From Macrostomum lignano (taxonomy: Eukaryota), in contig NIVC01001150.1 in the NCBI GenBank assembly GCA_002269645.1, positions 198,422 to 262,421 on the forward strand: DNA of 64,000 nucleotides, given 5' to 3'. Position 1 is the first letter of the stretch. Every line of letters starts with the position of its first letter. The notes beneath the pieces were generated by a model. It was not told where the DNA came from. It made no database searches and saw nothing but the letters and a program-made list of their open reading frames with translations. Below, piece after piece: positions 37,062-47,625 of the stretch. The position numbers and the translations under genes are program-made.

Positions 37062-40000
37062 ATGGCTGCAAGCGAAGAAAAATGGCACATAGAGAAGCTC
37101 AGGAAGGACAATTGGATGACGTGGAAAATCCAAATGAAACATTGCTTAATCGCAAGAAGACTCTGGGGCATAGCTACCGGAGAAGATGTTCTTCAGCAAG
37201 ACGCAAATGAAGCACGACGCAATGAATTCAAGGAACAGCAACAGCGAGCAGCAGCAATGATAGTTCTGTCTCTCAGCAGTGAGTACATCTACCTTGTGAC
37301 TACATGCGATGATGATCCGAGGCAGATGTGGCAAATTTTATGTGGTCATTTCGAACGTGACTCGACTGCCAACAAGTTGTTTTTGAAGAAAAAACTATTT
37401 AGACTGCAGATGACTGATGGGACTCCAGTTCAGGAGCACATTCGCTGTCTGAAGGAGTTAACTGACAAGCTGGCGTCCATTAATGCTGCTGTGTCTGACG
37501 AAGACCAGGTTGTGATTCTTCTTAGCAGTCTACCTGACAGCTACAGTCTTCTGGTTACGGCTCTGGAGACCCGAAAGGAAGAGGAGCTGACTTTGCTGAC
37601 GGTTCAACAAGCACTGCTTAATGAAGAAATGAAACGAAGTGAAACTATGAAATACGAATCCCGTGATTCGGAATCTGCTCTTCGTGTTGACAAATTTAAG
37701 GGACGCAGACCAATTAAGTGCTACACATGTGGCAAGGAAGGACACTTCAGTAGAGAGTGCAGGTTCAACGTGAGCAACAGGCAGCAAAACTCAAAATCGA
37801 CTCTGCATAAAGCTAAAAGTGCAGAAAGTACGAGTCATTCGAATCCGAACCTGGACAACGAGATAGCCGATAGTGCCGCTACATTTCTTACCTCTGAAGA
37901 AACTGGTCCTCAGGACACAACCGCACGGTGGATAATTGACTCTGGTGCGACAAGACATATGACCTGTCAAAGGAATGCTCTAAAAGACTACACTGAATTT
38001 GATGAACCGGAAAATGTAGGGCTCGGAGACGGGCGAACAGTTCAAGCTTACGGAACTGGACGAGTGAACATCGTCACGAGACTCCCTGGTGGTGAGCGTT
38101 CTAACGCAGTACTTGGATCTGTACTTTTCGTACCTAGACTAGCCTGCAATCTGTTCAGTGTACGTGCGGCTACACTTAAGAACAATGTCATTCAGTTTGG
38201 TCACACTAGGTGCTGGATTCGAAACCAAACAGGGAAGCTAGTAGGCTTTGGAACACTAGTTGATCGATTGTATCAACTTGAGTGTGATGTAGATTGCAAC
38301 TTAGCTACAGCTGCAGTAACGACTACAAAGTCAGAGCTCGAAACTGCCAATTTGTGGCATCATCGTCTAGGACATCTCCACAGAAATCAACTCGAACAAC
38401 TATTCAAGAAAAGGTACGTCGAGGGTACTGACACTTCCATTGTGAGTGATATGAATTTCTGTGAAGCGTGCGTTGAAGGAAAGGCGCATCGAAAGAATCA
38501 CAAATCAGTGGGAGAAATTCGCTCATCAGAAGTACTGCAACTTGTGCACAGTGACATTTGTGGACCAATGCAGACGCAGTCGTTTGGCGGGAATCGATTT
38601 TTTGCGACTTTCATCGATGACTTCTCTCGCATTGTGAAGGTCTATTTTCTGAAGACTAAGTCTGAAGTCTTCCAGAAGTTTAAGGAATTCGAAGCGCAGG
38701 TGACAAATGAGACTGAAAAAACAATAAAAGTTCTCCGAACTGATGGTGGAGGAGAGTACATGTCCAAGGAATTTTCTGCGTTTTTACTTGCAAAAGGAAT
38801 TCGACACGAAATTTCGGTAGCCCACACACCAGAACAGAACGGTGTTGCTGAAAGAATGAACCGTACTCTCATCGAATCTGCTAGAACAATGATAACTCAT
38901 GCTGGTCTTAGCAATGCTTATTGGGCAGAAGCCATCAACACAGTCGCGTATATCCGCAACAGAGTCCCGACGAACTCGGTAGCGCCAATGATGACACCCT
39001 ACGAAAGATGGTGTGGACGAAAGCCAAACATCTCACATCTTCGAACGTTTGGCTGTGTAGCTTATGCTCACATTCCTACAGTAGAGAGACAAAAACTTGA
39101 TAAGAAGACTACCAAGCTAAGGTTCGTTGGCTACAGTGACAATCAAAAGGGCTACAGATTGTTTGACGAAAGAACTAGGAAAACAGTTGTTCGTTACGAT
39201 GTCATCTTCAATGAGGGAGACTTCGGAAAGTTGAATGATTTCCAGCAGAACAATGAAAAGATAAATTCACATAAGGAAGTCAACCTCGACGAGCACAACA
39301 GCCGAACAACTCCGAATGAAGAAATTGAAACTGAAATCCAACAAATTCTGCCAACGACCACGCGACAAAGGAAAACCCCAGAGCGTTTTCAATACAATGA
39401 GAACTTCGAAGTAGCTAGCCTAAGTACAACAGAGCCACAACATCGTGCTTTTCGAGCCATGGAGATTTTGGAACCCAGATCGATTGACGAGGCTTGGAGT
39501 TGTGACAATGCGAAGGAATGGAAAGAAGCAACAGACTCGGAATACAACTCTCTGATAGAAAATGATACGTGGGAATTAGTTCCTCTTCCAGAAGGACGAA
39601 AGACTGTTGGCTGCAAGTGGGTATTCAAAGTGAAGCATGACAGCTGCGGAAACATTGAACGATTCAAAGGACGCCTGGTTGCCAAAGGGTATTCTCAACA
39701 ACCTGGAGTGGATTATGACGAGACGTTTTCTCCTGTGGTAAGATTCTCATCAATCCGTACTATACTGGCATTCGCAACTCAACGAGAAATGCACATTCAT
39801 CAAATGGATGTGGTCACTGCATTTCTAAACGGACATTTAACAGAAGAAATCTTCATGGATCAACCACCCGGATACGTTAAATGCGACGAAGAGAATTTAG
39901 TCTGCAAGCTGAAAAGATCGCTATATGGTTTAAAGCAATCACCCCGGTGTTGGAACAAGGCCCTCTGTGATTACCTAATCTCGATTGGATTCAAGGAAAG

Positions 40001-41024
40001 TGGAGCAGACCCATGTGTGTTCACTCGCAAACTTGGAAACATGTCAATCATTGCGGTTTATGTTGACGACTTGGTGATGGCTACTGATACTATGGATGAA
40101 ATGCAGAGTATCAAGGAGGAATTCACTCGACGATTCAAGATGAAAGATATGGGAGAGCTTCATTACTGTTTAGGAGTGACAATAGTGATTGACTCAGAGA
40201 GACGATTTCTTCAACTTCATCAGAAGCAATACATTATGCAACTACTGAAGAAGTTTAAAATGTTGGAAGCAAACCCAGCCACAACCCCAATGGATTCAAG
40301 CGTCAAGCTCGTTGAAAACGATGGCTACAGCAAATTCGTGGATCCAAAGGCCTATCAATCAATTGTAGGCAGCCTATTGTACGCAGCGATCGCTACACGG
40401 CCAGACATTGTTCAAGCAGTGGGAGCAGTATCGAAATTCAATTCCAAACCAACTGAGGCTCATCTCACCGCTGCCAAGAGAATTCTTCGATACCTGAAAG
40501 GCTCATCGGACGTCGTTCTGAAATATGAGAAGTCTGGAAGTAACGAGATCATTGGCTACTCAGACGCTGATTGGGCGTCGGACTTGGATAGCAGACGCTC
40601 AGTCACTGGGAGTGTTTTCATTATGGCCGGTGGAGCAGTAACATGGTTAAGTCAAAAGCAAACCACGGTGGCGTTGTCAACGACAGAAGCTGAGTACATG
40701 GCCCTTGCGTCTGCGACACAGGAGGCAATATGGCTTCGTCGACTTGTAAGCGATTTGGGTGCCAATGTCACTGGGTCAACTGTAATTAAGGAAGACAATC
40801 AAGGAGCCATTGCAATGTCAAAAAATCCGATTCGACACAAGCGGACAAAGCATATTGACATCCGCTATCATTTTATTCGAGATGCTATTCAAGCTGGTAC
40901 TGTGAAACTGGAATACTGTCCGACAAAGGAAATGCTGGCGGACATTCTAACAAAGCCAATTCCCAGGCATCAGTTTGAAAATCTGCGATCAATGCTTGGT
41001 ATTAAGTGTATGGATATGAATTGA
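37062..41024 (+). CDS. copia gag-pol polyprotein (gag CCHC, protease, integrase, RT, RNase H)
   Basis: CYTCGKEGHFSREC, WIIDSGAT, LWHHRLGH...CEAC, VHSDICGP...RTDGGGEY...AERMNRT, YVDD, YSDADWA...EDNQ. Copia domain order with no stops. ATG at 37062. Confidence 0.98.
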   Translation: MAASEEKWHIEKLRKDNWMTWKIQMKHCLIARRLWGIATGEDVLQQDANEARRNEFKEQQQRAAAMIVLSLSSEYIYLVTTCDDDPRQMWQILCGHFERDSTANKLFLKKKLFRLQMTDGTPVQEHIRCLKELTDKLASINAAVSDEDQVVILLSSLPDSYSLLVTALETRKEEELTLLTVQQALLNEEMKRSETMKYESRDSESALRVDKFKGRRPIKCYTCGKEGHFSRECRFNVSNRQQNSKSTLHKAKSAESTSHSNPNLDNEIADSAATFLTSEETGPQDTTARWIIDSGATRHMTCQRNALKDYTEFDEPENVGLGDGRTVQAYGTGRVNIVTRLPGGERSNAVLGSVLFVPRLACNLFSVRAATLKNNVIQFGHTRCWIRNQTGKLVGFGTLVDRLYQLECDVDCNLATAAVTTTKSELETANLWHHRLGHLHRNQLEQLFKKRYVEGTDTSIVSDMNFCEACVEGKAHRKNHKSVGEIRSSEVLQLVHSDICGPMQTQSFGGNRFFATFIDDFSRIVKVYFLKTKSEVFQKFKEFEAQVTNETEKTIKVLRTDGGGEYMSKEFSAFLLAKGIRHEISVAHTPEQNGVAERMNRTLIESARTMITHAGLSNAYWAEAINTVAYIRNRVPTNSVAPMMTPYERWCGRKPNISHLRTFGCVAYAHIPTVERQKLDKKTTKLRFVGYSDNQKGYRLFDERTRKTVVRYDVIFNEGDFGKLNDFQQNNEKINSHKEVNLDEHNSRTTPNEEIETEIQQILPTTTRQRKTPERFQYNENFEVASLSTTEPQHRAFRAMEILEPRSIDEAWSCDNAKEWKEATDSEYNSLIENDTWELVPLPEGRKTVGCKWVFKVKHDSCGNIERFKGRLVAKGYSQQPGVDYDETFSPVVRFSSIRTILAFATQREMHIHQMDVVTAFLNGHLTEEIFMDQPPGYVKCDEENLVCKLKRSLYGLKQSPRCWNKALCDYLISIGFKESGADPCVFTRKLGNMSIIAVYVDDLVMATDTMDEMQSIKEEFTRRFKMKDMGELHYCLGVTIVIDSERRFLQLHQKQYIMQLLKKFKMLEANPATTPMDSSVKLVENDGYSKFVDPKAYQSIVGSLLYAAIATRPDIVQAVGAVSKFNSKPTEAHLTAAKRILRYLKGSSDVVLKYEKSGSNEIIGYSDADWASDLDSRRSVTGSVFIMAGGAVTWLSQKQTTVALSTTEAEYMALASATQEAIWLRRLVSDLGANVTGSTVIKEDNQGAIAMSKNPIRHKRTKHIDIRYHFIRDAIQAGTVKLEYCPTKEMLADILTKPIPRHQFENLRSMLGIKCMDMN

Positions 41025-41149
41025 AGTAACTGGAGTAACTGAAGTAACTAATGTCATTGTCATCCATTTTTAATATCAGAGACTACTGAGTAATCTACCG
41101 CGATTAACTTAAATCTTACAATGATAAGTTTCTGACAATTAAGTGGGAG

Positions 41150-41435
41150 TGTTGTTTATAGTATATAGCTCGTACTTTTAGTACTTTATATAGTAATTGT
41201 CAGATACATAATATTGATTAATATTGTTAATGCAAATAGCTGTGCGTATCCCTTTCTAGAAAGTTCAATAAATATTCAATACAGTATCGTACCGATATAT
41301 CTATGGTTGTTAGTTCATATCGCAAATACGCTAATACTTTAAGTGCCCCCCCAAACTGCTCAATTTTTCATCTTGTGTATTTCTTTTTGTTCAAACTGAT
41401 AAAATATACTTAATTAAAAGAAGCAAACTTCAACA
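41150..41435 (+). repeat. copia 3' LTR
   Basis: Identical to 36661-36946. Confidence 0.97.
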
Positions 41436-41440
41436 GGGAT

Positions 41441-41957
41441 GCCGTTGTTCATCGTCCTGCCCATGAGTAGCTCAGCGGGTGCGCGGCCGGTCGCTCGATG
41501 TGGTGTCGTGCGGAACGCCAACGCGGAAGTCCTCGATAGCCTCCCGCCAGTTCCGACCTTCGGCCACTGCCGTCTGAATCACTTTCCCGATGCTGCGGTT
41601 GACTCGCTCCGTCGCTCCGTTGGATTCTGGGTGCAGGGGGCAGATGAGGCGGTGGTGAATGCCGTACGAAGCGAGGAAGCTGCGGAAAGCTGCCGAGCTG
41701 AATGGCGGGCCGTTGTCAGTGACCACCTCGATCGGGACGCCGTATCTGCCGAACAGCCTCCGCAGGTGGGGGATCACGCTCTCCGCCATCGTCGAGTTGA
41801 GAAAATTGACTTCTGGGTACTTGGAATACAAGTCGGTGGTGACCAGGAGCATCTGGCCCTGCACTGGGCCGTAGAAATCCATGCCTAGTAGCAGCCAGGC
41901 ACCGTCCGGAATTTCCGTCGGCCTCAATGGTGTCTGTCGCAATCCGGTGGCCGCAGC
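41441..41957 (-). pseudogene. Gypsy integrase core (DDE) downstream of an in-frame TAG, with a frameshift near 41525
   Basis: GMDFYGP...VVTDNGPPF...SNGATERVNR. The frame shifts at EAIEDF; restoring it gives RTTPHRATGRAPAELLMGR. Confidence 0.9.
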
Positions 41958-44900
41958 CTAGCACAGTGTGCAGCACTGGACGAAGAGCTCGCAGTCGCTG
42001 CGCATCCGAGGCCACCACACCTTCGTCTGCAGGCGTTTAAGGGTGCGGTCGGCGCCCAGATGACCGGTGTGCGCCAGTTGAAGGATCGGCCTGCGCAGCG
42101 ACTTGGGGATGACGATGAGGTCACCGCGGAGTAATACTCCGTCGCTTTCCGACAGTTCGCCGCAGATGGACTTGAAGGAGCGCTGGGCTGCCGCTCGCAT
42201 GTCCCAGCGGCCGGTTCGAATCGCGTTCAGCGCCGCCTGGACGTCCCTGTCGGTGCGCGATGCTTCCCGAACCTGGTCGAGACTGAAGCCCTTCGGCACG
42301 GCCCCGGTCGACACGGCGTTAATGGAGGCGGCGTCGAGCTCTTCACCTACATTCCGACGCCGCTCTGGCAGTGGCTGCCGACTCAGCAGGTCAGCCGGGT
42401 TGGTCAAGCCTGGCCGGTAGAGCAGGTTGAAGCGGAGATGCTGAATGCGCAGCGCCATTCGCTCGATCCGCGGTGGCGGACGGGAGCCAGGCTTGAAAAG
42501 CGGCACGAGCGGTCGGTGGTCCGTCACCACGGTGAAGTCTGGGTCGCCAGCCAGATAGTGCTCAAACTTGAGACACCCAAATTTGATGGCCAACGCCTCC
42601 CGCTCGATCTGCGCGTACCTCTGCTCCACCGGCGAGAGGGCTCTGCTGGCGTAGGCGACGGGTCTGCTGTTGCCGTCTGGCTGCCGCTGCGTGAGGATGG
42701 CGCCGAGGCCGATTGGCGATGCGTCCACCAGGAGCTCCGTGTGCAGTCTGCGGTCGAAAAAGGCCAGCGTGTCCGCGTCTGTGATTGCCTTCTTGATGCC
42801 GTTGAACGCCGCTGTGTGTTTTTCTGTCCACTCCCAGGCTTGGCCCTTCTTCGTTAGCTGCCGGAGTGGGGCCGCGAGGTCAGCGAAGTTCGGGATGAAC
42901 TTTGCCAGGAAGTTAGCGGTTCCCAGGAAAGAGCGGACGTCGGCCACGTTGGAGGGCTCTCGGAAGTTCTGCATGGCGTCAATTTTCTCGGTGGCCGGTT
43001 GCATGCCCCGGGCGGTCAGGCGCATCCCGAGAAACTCGACAGTCGGCCGGGCGAACCTGCACTTGTCCTGATTGAGAGTGATCCCGAACTCTCGGAGGCG
43101 CTGAAGGCAGGCGTCCAGCCTCTCATGGTGCTGTTTCATATCGGAGGCGTACACCACCACGTCGTCGTGCGCCCACCGGACGCCGTCGATGCCGCTGAGG
43201 ATGCCAAGCATGACTCGTTGAAGGATTTCCGAGGCATTTGTGAACCCCATGCTGAGCCTCTTGAGCCGCATCAGTCCGAGGGGCGTGCTGAAGGTGAAGA
43301 GGTGACGGCTGCTCTCGTGGACTGGGATCTGATAAAAAGCCTTCCGGATATCGAGTTCGCTGAACAGCTTGGCGTCTGCCATTTCCTCTGTGATTTCGTC
43401 CAGCGTGGGGATTTGCTGCTTCTCTGGGATGACGAAAGCGTTGAGATTACGGAGGTCTTGGCAGATTCGAATGCCACCGTCGCCCTTGGGCACCACCACC
43501 ATGCGTGACACCCAGGCGCTAGGACCTTTGACTGCCTCAATGATGCCCTGCTCCTCCAAAGCCTTGAGCTCGTCCACTACGGCCTCTTTCAGGTGCGCCG
43601 CCACACGTGAGGGCGCCTGGCAGACTGGAACAGCGTCATCGGACAGCTGGATCTGGACCTCTACACCCTTGATGCAGCCGATGCCGTTGAAGACTTCTTT
43701 GTGCCTCTGCAGGATGGCCTTGAGCTGGGGGTCGCTATACTGCTCGGGGGGTGTGGTGTCGGCGATGGCGTTGATGTTTTGCGGCTTGGTAGCTTCAGGT
43801 CGCTGGATCTTCAGCACTCCTGGCTTGAATGCGGGCTGACGCCCTAGTATCGTCAGCCCGTCGCCGTCCATGATGTGGAAAGTCGCGGTAGTTCTGGCAG
43901 ATCCCACTTGGATGTCAAGATCGGCGGTACCCACAATCCTGAGAGGTGTCGGTACACCATAGGCACGAACTTCGGCTCTTGTTGGGCGTGGGCTTGGCAG
44001 GCTGAGAGCTCTGAAGGTGCCGAGACTCATGATACTGCAGCTGGCTCCGCTGTCAATCATCATGGGAAGCTGCCGGTTTGCCACCTGCACAGTCAGTGAG
44101 ACGTCGGATGGGTATTTGTCGCGGTTGTACAGCGCGAACACATCCTCGTTGACGGAGCCGTCGGCAGCTGTGAATACAGCATTGGTGCTGATTTGCTGCT
44201 GTGGGATCCGGTTGCTGTTTGACTGCCGAGGCTGACGGCAGGCAAGAGCGAGGTGGTTGGGCTTGCCGCAGTTGTGGCAGATCTTGCCCTTGGCAGCGTC
44301 GCAGGTAGCGTGGCCTTTCTCGCCGCAGCGGTAGCAGGTGCGCTGCTGCTGGTCGCCGGGCCTGCTGGTCGTCTGAGCCGGGCCACGCCTGTTCGTTCTC
44401 ACCTTGTCGCCCTTGGCAACGCTGGCCACGTGCGAGTCTGTCTTCTCCATCTCGGTGGCTTGTTCCTCAGCAGCCTCGAATGCCCTCGCCTTTCGCAAGG
44501 CCTCCTCCAGGCTGATGTTCGCCTCCTGAAGCAGCCGCCTGCGCAGCTTGTCAGAGCTGCAGGTTGCCACGAGCTGGTCTCTGATGAGCGAGTCCTTCAG
44601 CTGCTCGAAGTCGCACGGCTCTGCCGCAGTGCGCAGTCTGGCGTACCAGGATTCGATGGACTCTCCGGTGGCCTGGGTGCATAGGCGGAACTGATATCTG
44701 GCAAATACGATGTTCTTTCTTCCGTTGAAGAATGTCTTCAAAGCGTCCAGCGTCTGCTTGAGGGTGACTTGGCCGTCCTCTGTGGCCGCTGCAGGCTTGG
44801 CCTCCTCGCGGATGATGTCGGCGATTTCCTTGCCTGCTGTGTAGCTGAGTAGTTTGCACTTTTGCTTCTCGTTGGTGATGCCTGATGCATCGATGAAATC

Positions 44901-45005
44901 TTCGAAGCGGTCTGCCCATTGACTCCAGCGCTTGCCCGCGTTGTGTGGGTCTGCTGATACTGAGAATGGCTCAGGTGGGGGCAGTGAGAGAAAGTTGGCT
45001 GCCAT
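41958..45005 (-). CDS. Gypsy gag-protease-RT-RNaseH-(integrase HHCC), 1015 aa, ended by a premature stop
   Basis: Two CCHC-type knuckles, MIDSGAS protease, RT with AHDD catalytic motif, LLVDASP...EREAL RNase H, AHTGHLG...CTLC* zinc finger. Confidence 0.93.
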   Translation of the reverse strand: MAANFLSLPPPEPFSVSADPHNAGKRWSQWADRFEDFIDASGITNEKQKCKLLSYTAGKEIADIIREEAKPAAATEDGQVTLKQTLDALKTFFNGRKNIVFARYQFRLCTQATGESIESWYARLRTAAEPCDFEQLKDSLIRDQLVATCSSDKLRRRLLQEANISLEEALRKARAFEAAEEQATEMEKTDSHVASVAKGDKVRTNRRGPAQTTSRPGDQQQRTCYRCGEKGHATCDAAKGKICHNCGKPNHLALACRQPRQSNSNRIPQQQISTNAVFTAADGSVNEDVFALYNRDKYPSDVSLTVQVANRQLPMMIDSGASCSIMSLGTFRALSLPSPRPTRAEVRAYGVPTPLRIVGTADLDIQVGSARTTATFHIMDGDGLTILGRQPAFKPGVLKIQRPEATKPQNINAIADTTPPEQYSDPQLKAILQRHKEVFNGIGCIKGVEVQIQLSDDAVPVCQAPSRVAAHLKEAVVDELKALEEQGIIEAVKGPSAWVSRMVVVPKGDGGIRICQDLRNLNAFVIPEKQQIPTLDEITEEMADAKLFSELDIRKAFYQIPVHESSRHLFTFSTPLGLMRLKRLSMGFTNASEILQRVMLGILSGIDGVRWAHDDVVVYASDMKQHHERLDACLQRLREFGITLNQDKCRFARPTVEFLGMRLTARGMQPATEKIDAMQNFREPSNVADVRSFLGTANFLAKFIPNFADLAAPLRQLTKKGQAWEWTEKHTAAFNGIKKAITDADTLAFFDRRLHTELLVDASPIGLGAILTQRQPDGNSRPVAYASRALSPVEQRYAQIEREALAIKFGCLKFEHYLAGDPDFTVVTDHRPLVPLFKPGSRPPPRIERMALRIQHLRFNLLYRPGLTNPADLLSRQPLPERRRNVGEELDAASINAVSTGAVPKGFSLDQVREASRTDRDVQAALNAIRTGRWDMRAAAQRSFKSICGELSESDGVLLRGDLIVIPKSLRRPILQLAHTGHLGADRTLKRLQTKVWWPRMRSDCELFVQCCTLC

Positions 45006-45043
45006 GATTTGTTTACCACGCGGTAGGCGGCTTGCGACGCCAC

Positions 45044-45264
45044 TGTAGAGAGCGAAGCCGAGAGAAAGTTATGTGGTGTGTGTAGCCGATAAAGCCTCAA
45101 TCTATTGTAGGCTCTGTGCGATTGATTTATATATTTAGCAGCGACCCTGCAGTTGAGACTGCGTACATTAAAAACAAAAAGCCAAGAATATTGGATGTAC
45201 ATCGGAAATGCACACCAGGACTAAAAACACTTATTATGCAAGCACTAGGCAGCAGGTGCCTACA
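45044..45264 (-). repeat. Gypsy 5' LTR
   Basis: Direct repeat of 35772-35992. Confidence 0.95.
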
Positions 45265-45431
45265 GATGGCTTTCAAGACTTGTAGGCACCGAGGCAATGC
45301 CTTTCAGAGCCAAATGACTCAAAAACTATGGTTGGCTGGCTGAAGAAGCCTTAGCTAGGCCTTTATAAATTTAGACTTCGCTCAAAGAAAGCCTCGCTGA
45401 GTCGCCTGGCTGTTCTGACTGCTTTAAAATC

Positions 45432-46633
45432 ATGGAACTGAAACGCCAGCTGCTGTTCTGCTGCATCTCTCTGCTGCAGCTGCTCCACTGCCGCTCGGAG
45501 CACTCCTCCATCGGGTTCGCTACTGTCGCTCTGTGCCCCGACATCTCCGCTCTGCCCAGCCGACATGCCAAGTCCAAGATGCTGTGCGGCACCGCTTGCA
45601 GCGCCGACATGGACTGCGACCTGTTCCACTTCACCCGTACGACCGGACTCTGCTACCTTGGCAACTCGACCTGCGAGGGACTCCGACTGTGGACCAACGG
45701 ACCCTGTGTCTCTTACAAATCTGGTAATTTGCGAGTTCAAATCATTTTCGGTTGTACCGGACCGGTAGTTGCAGTGAACCAAATTACCAAGCCAGTTCAG
45801 CACAAAGCCCAGCATTTCAAGCAGCAGCCACTATCTTGAATATTTCAGTGCGTCAAAGGGTGCGGGCGTCGGCGGAGCCGATAGCTGAGCAGCTGAGCCT
45901 GAAGATGCTCTACCGATTCGGCACCCACGGCCTGGAGAACGCGGCCGACCCGTCCAAATACCGGCTGTGGAGCGGCAGCGCAACCACCATCGATGCCCAG
46001 GGGGCGCACTTTGTGGAGGATTCGAATTCCTTCCTGATGGCCGCCACTCCCTGCTTCGAGGGTTTCTTCAACGTAGGACACAAGTTCTCCATTTTTGTCC
46101 GGGCGAAGCATCCCATGAATATTGAGTGAGCAGATTTTTGTACGCCTCTGTACTAGAATTGTGGCATTTAAACATTTTTTATTTTACCTTCTCAAATATT
46201 CCATCATCGCAGCGGAACTTACATGACGATGCGCGAGTGCGTCGGGAACAAAGTGTCGCAGGACTTTTACACGTACGACCGGAACTTCTGGCACGATATG
46301 TACTGGCCGCCCCAGCCGAAGTATGTTCTGACCAAGTCTGGTAATGTGTTCACTCGGAGCAGCTCCGTTGCCTTGGTCTCGTCTGGGATGACGTACGACA
46401 CGAACGGAGCCGCCCATTACTTCTTCAACGGCAGCATGCACCCCGCCATGATGGCCAGCCCCGACTCGTCCGGCACTCTAACAAACTCAAGGTTCCAGTG
46501 CATTGAGCTCGGTGGCTACCTTAAAACGCCAAGGTACTCTGTGCGAGGCAGCATGTCCTGCTTCGCCATGAGCACCCGACTGCTCACGCAGGCTGAGTTC
46601 GTGCAGCTGGACAACTGGTGCAAGCAGGTCTAA
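45432..46633 (+). CDS. Secreted protein paralog A, 329 aa: signal peptide + PAN/apple-like Cys domain + probable ConA/LamG-like domain. Exons 45432-45723, 45849-46125, 46213-46633
   Basis: GT-AG introns in phases 1 and 2 give an open 990-nt CDS. Exon lengths (292/277/421) are identical to paralog B. The CGTACSADMDCDLFHF...GLCYLG spacing is PAN-like. Domain names are inference. Confidence 0.8.
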
Positions 46634-47394
46634 CTGTGGGCAGGTGTCTTGGGATCACGGAACAGTCTAGACGTTAAAGGTGTTGACATAATTGGGTCCG
46701 TCTTAGCCGTGTCTCGGGATTTCTGGATGCAACAAACTAGACTCAGAATTCGTGGGACAATACCTTGAAGTGAGGGACCTAAAATTGGAAAAAAATAGCC
46801 TATTCGAGTCGGTAATTATAGTTATTTCCTCAATCCATCAATGCAGGACGTCCTTAATGAAACCTTCGATTTATGCTTTTTTACCCAGACTACGCTATGG
46901 CCATCTCACTGTTAAAAGCCTGTAGTTGTTGTTAAAACGAACACTCGGCAAAGAGTAACTCTGTAGAAGCTGTGCTGCAACTGAAACTGCCTCGTAAAGA
47001 CATATGCGTGTGAGACATCGGAGTCAGGACACATTTGGTCGCGTTACCATGCCATTTAAAGCCGTCAACATGAGTAGCAAGCACAGACCAAACAGTGAAA
47101 CCAGACTGCACATCCAGCATTGCTTGTCTGGGCTCGTATTTGACAAAATGACACAGCAAAACATTTCCCCTCTACGCCACCCCAAAACTGTCCGGGGCCT
47201 GGGGAAGACTGCCTGTTCTTCAGCTGCCTGCCCGGTTAAATCAGCATGTACTGAAGTACATTAATGTGGCAATGGGACCAGAGTAGCAATGCTAACTAGA
47301 TTTAAACAGCTAAGCAAACTTATTCAAAAATTAAGTGCTCAAAATGGAAGAAAAATCGGAGTCTTTCACATTGCCGAGAAAGAGAAGAGGAAAT

Positions 47395-47625
47395 CATGGC
47401 TGCTCAAACAACACAGCGCTGTCTCTGGCCAGAGTGACCTTCCATAATTTTCCAAACGACAAGGAAATGAGTAACAAGTGGCTGATGGCTCTGAGACGAA
47501 CGATTTCGAGCCATCGCCATCCACACAAGTCTGCTCGATTCACTTTAAGGAATCCGACTTTGAGGAACAATTCGCTGGCTTTCTGCCTAAGGTCAAAAGG
47601 ATGGGAAGGGGTCCTACTTGAAAAG
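47395..47625 (+). pseudogene. THAP zinc-finger remnant (P-element/THAP-type transposase N-terminus or THAP gene)
   Basis: GCSNN...TFHNFPNDKEMSNKWLMALRR, then after a 1-nt frameshift near 47500, DFEPSPSTQVCSIHFKESDFE: the THAP W and CSxHF signature. Confidence 0.75.

Larger units (their letters stand above)
36661..41435 (+). mobile_element. Ty1/copia LTR retrotransposon, apparently intact and very recent
   Basis: Identical 286-bp LTRs (36661-36946, 41150-41435; TGTTG...CAACA). TSD GGGAT (36656-36660, 41436-41440). PBS GGTTATAGGCCCAG and PPT AAGTGGGAG. Confidence 0.98.
35772..45264 (-). mobile_element. Ty3/Gypsy (Mag-like) LTR retrotransposon, disabled and interrupted by a copia element
   Basis: 221-bp TG...CA LTRs at 45044-45264 and 35772-35992 with one visible mismatch. 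5-bp TSD GATGG (35767-35771, 45265-45269). TGG-starting PBS just inside the 5' LTR and a purine tract TGGGGAGAA before the 3' LTR. Confidence 0.95.

Noticed and set aside
43150-43185. Gypsy RT catalytic motif AHDD instead of YxDD
   Set aside because: Non-Tyr variants are already familiar in Mag-like elements; not treated as novel.
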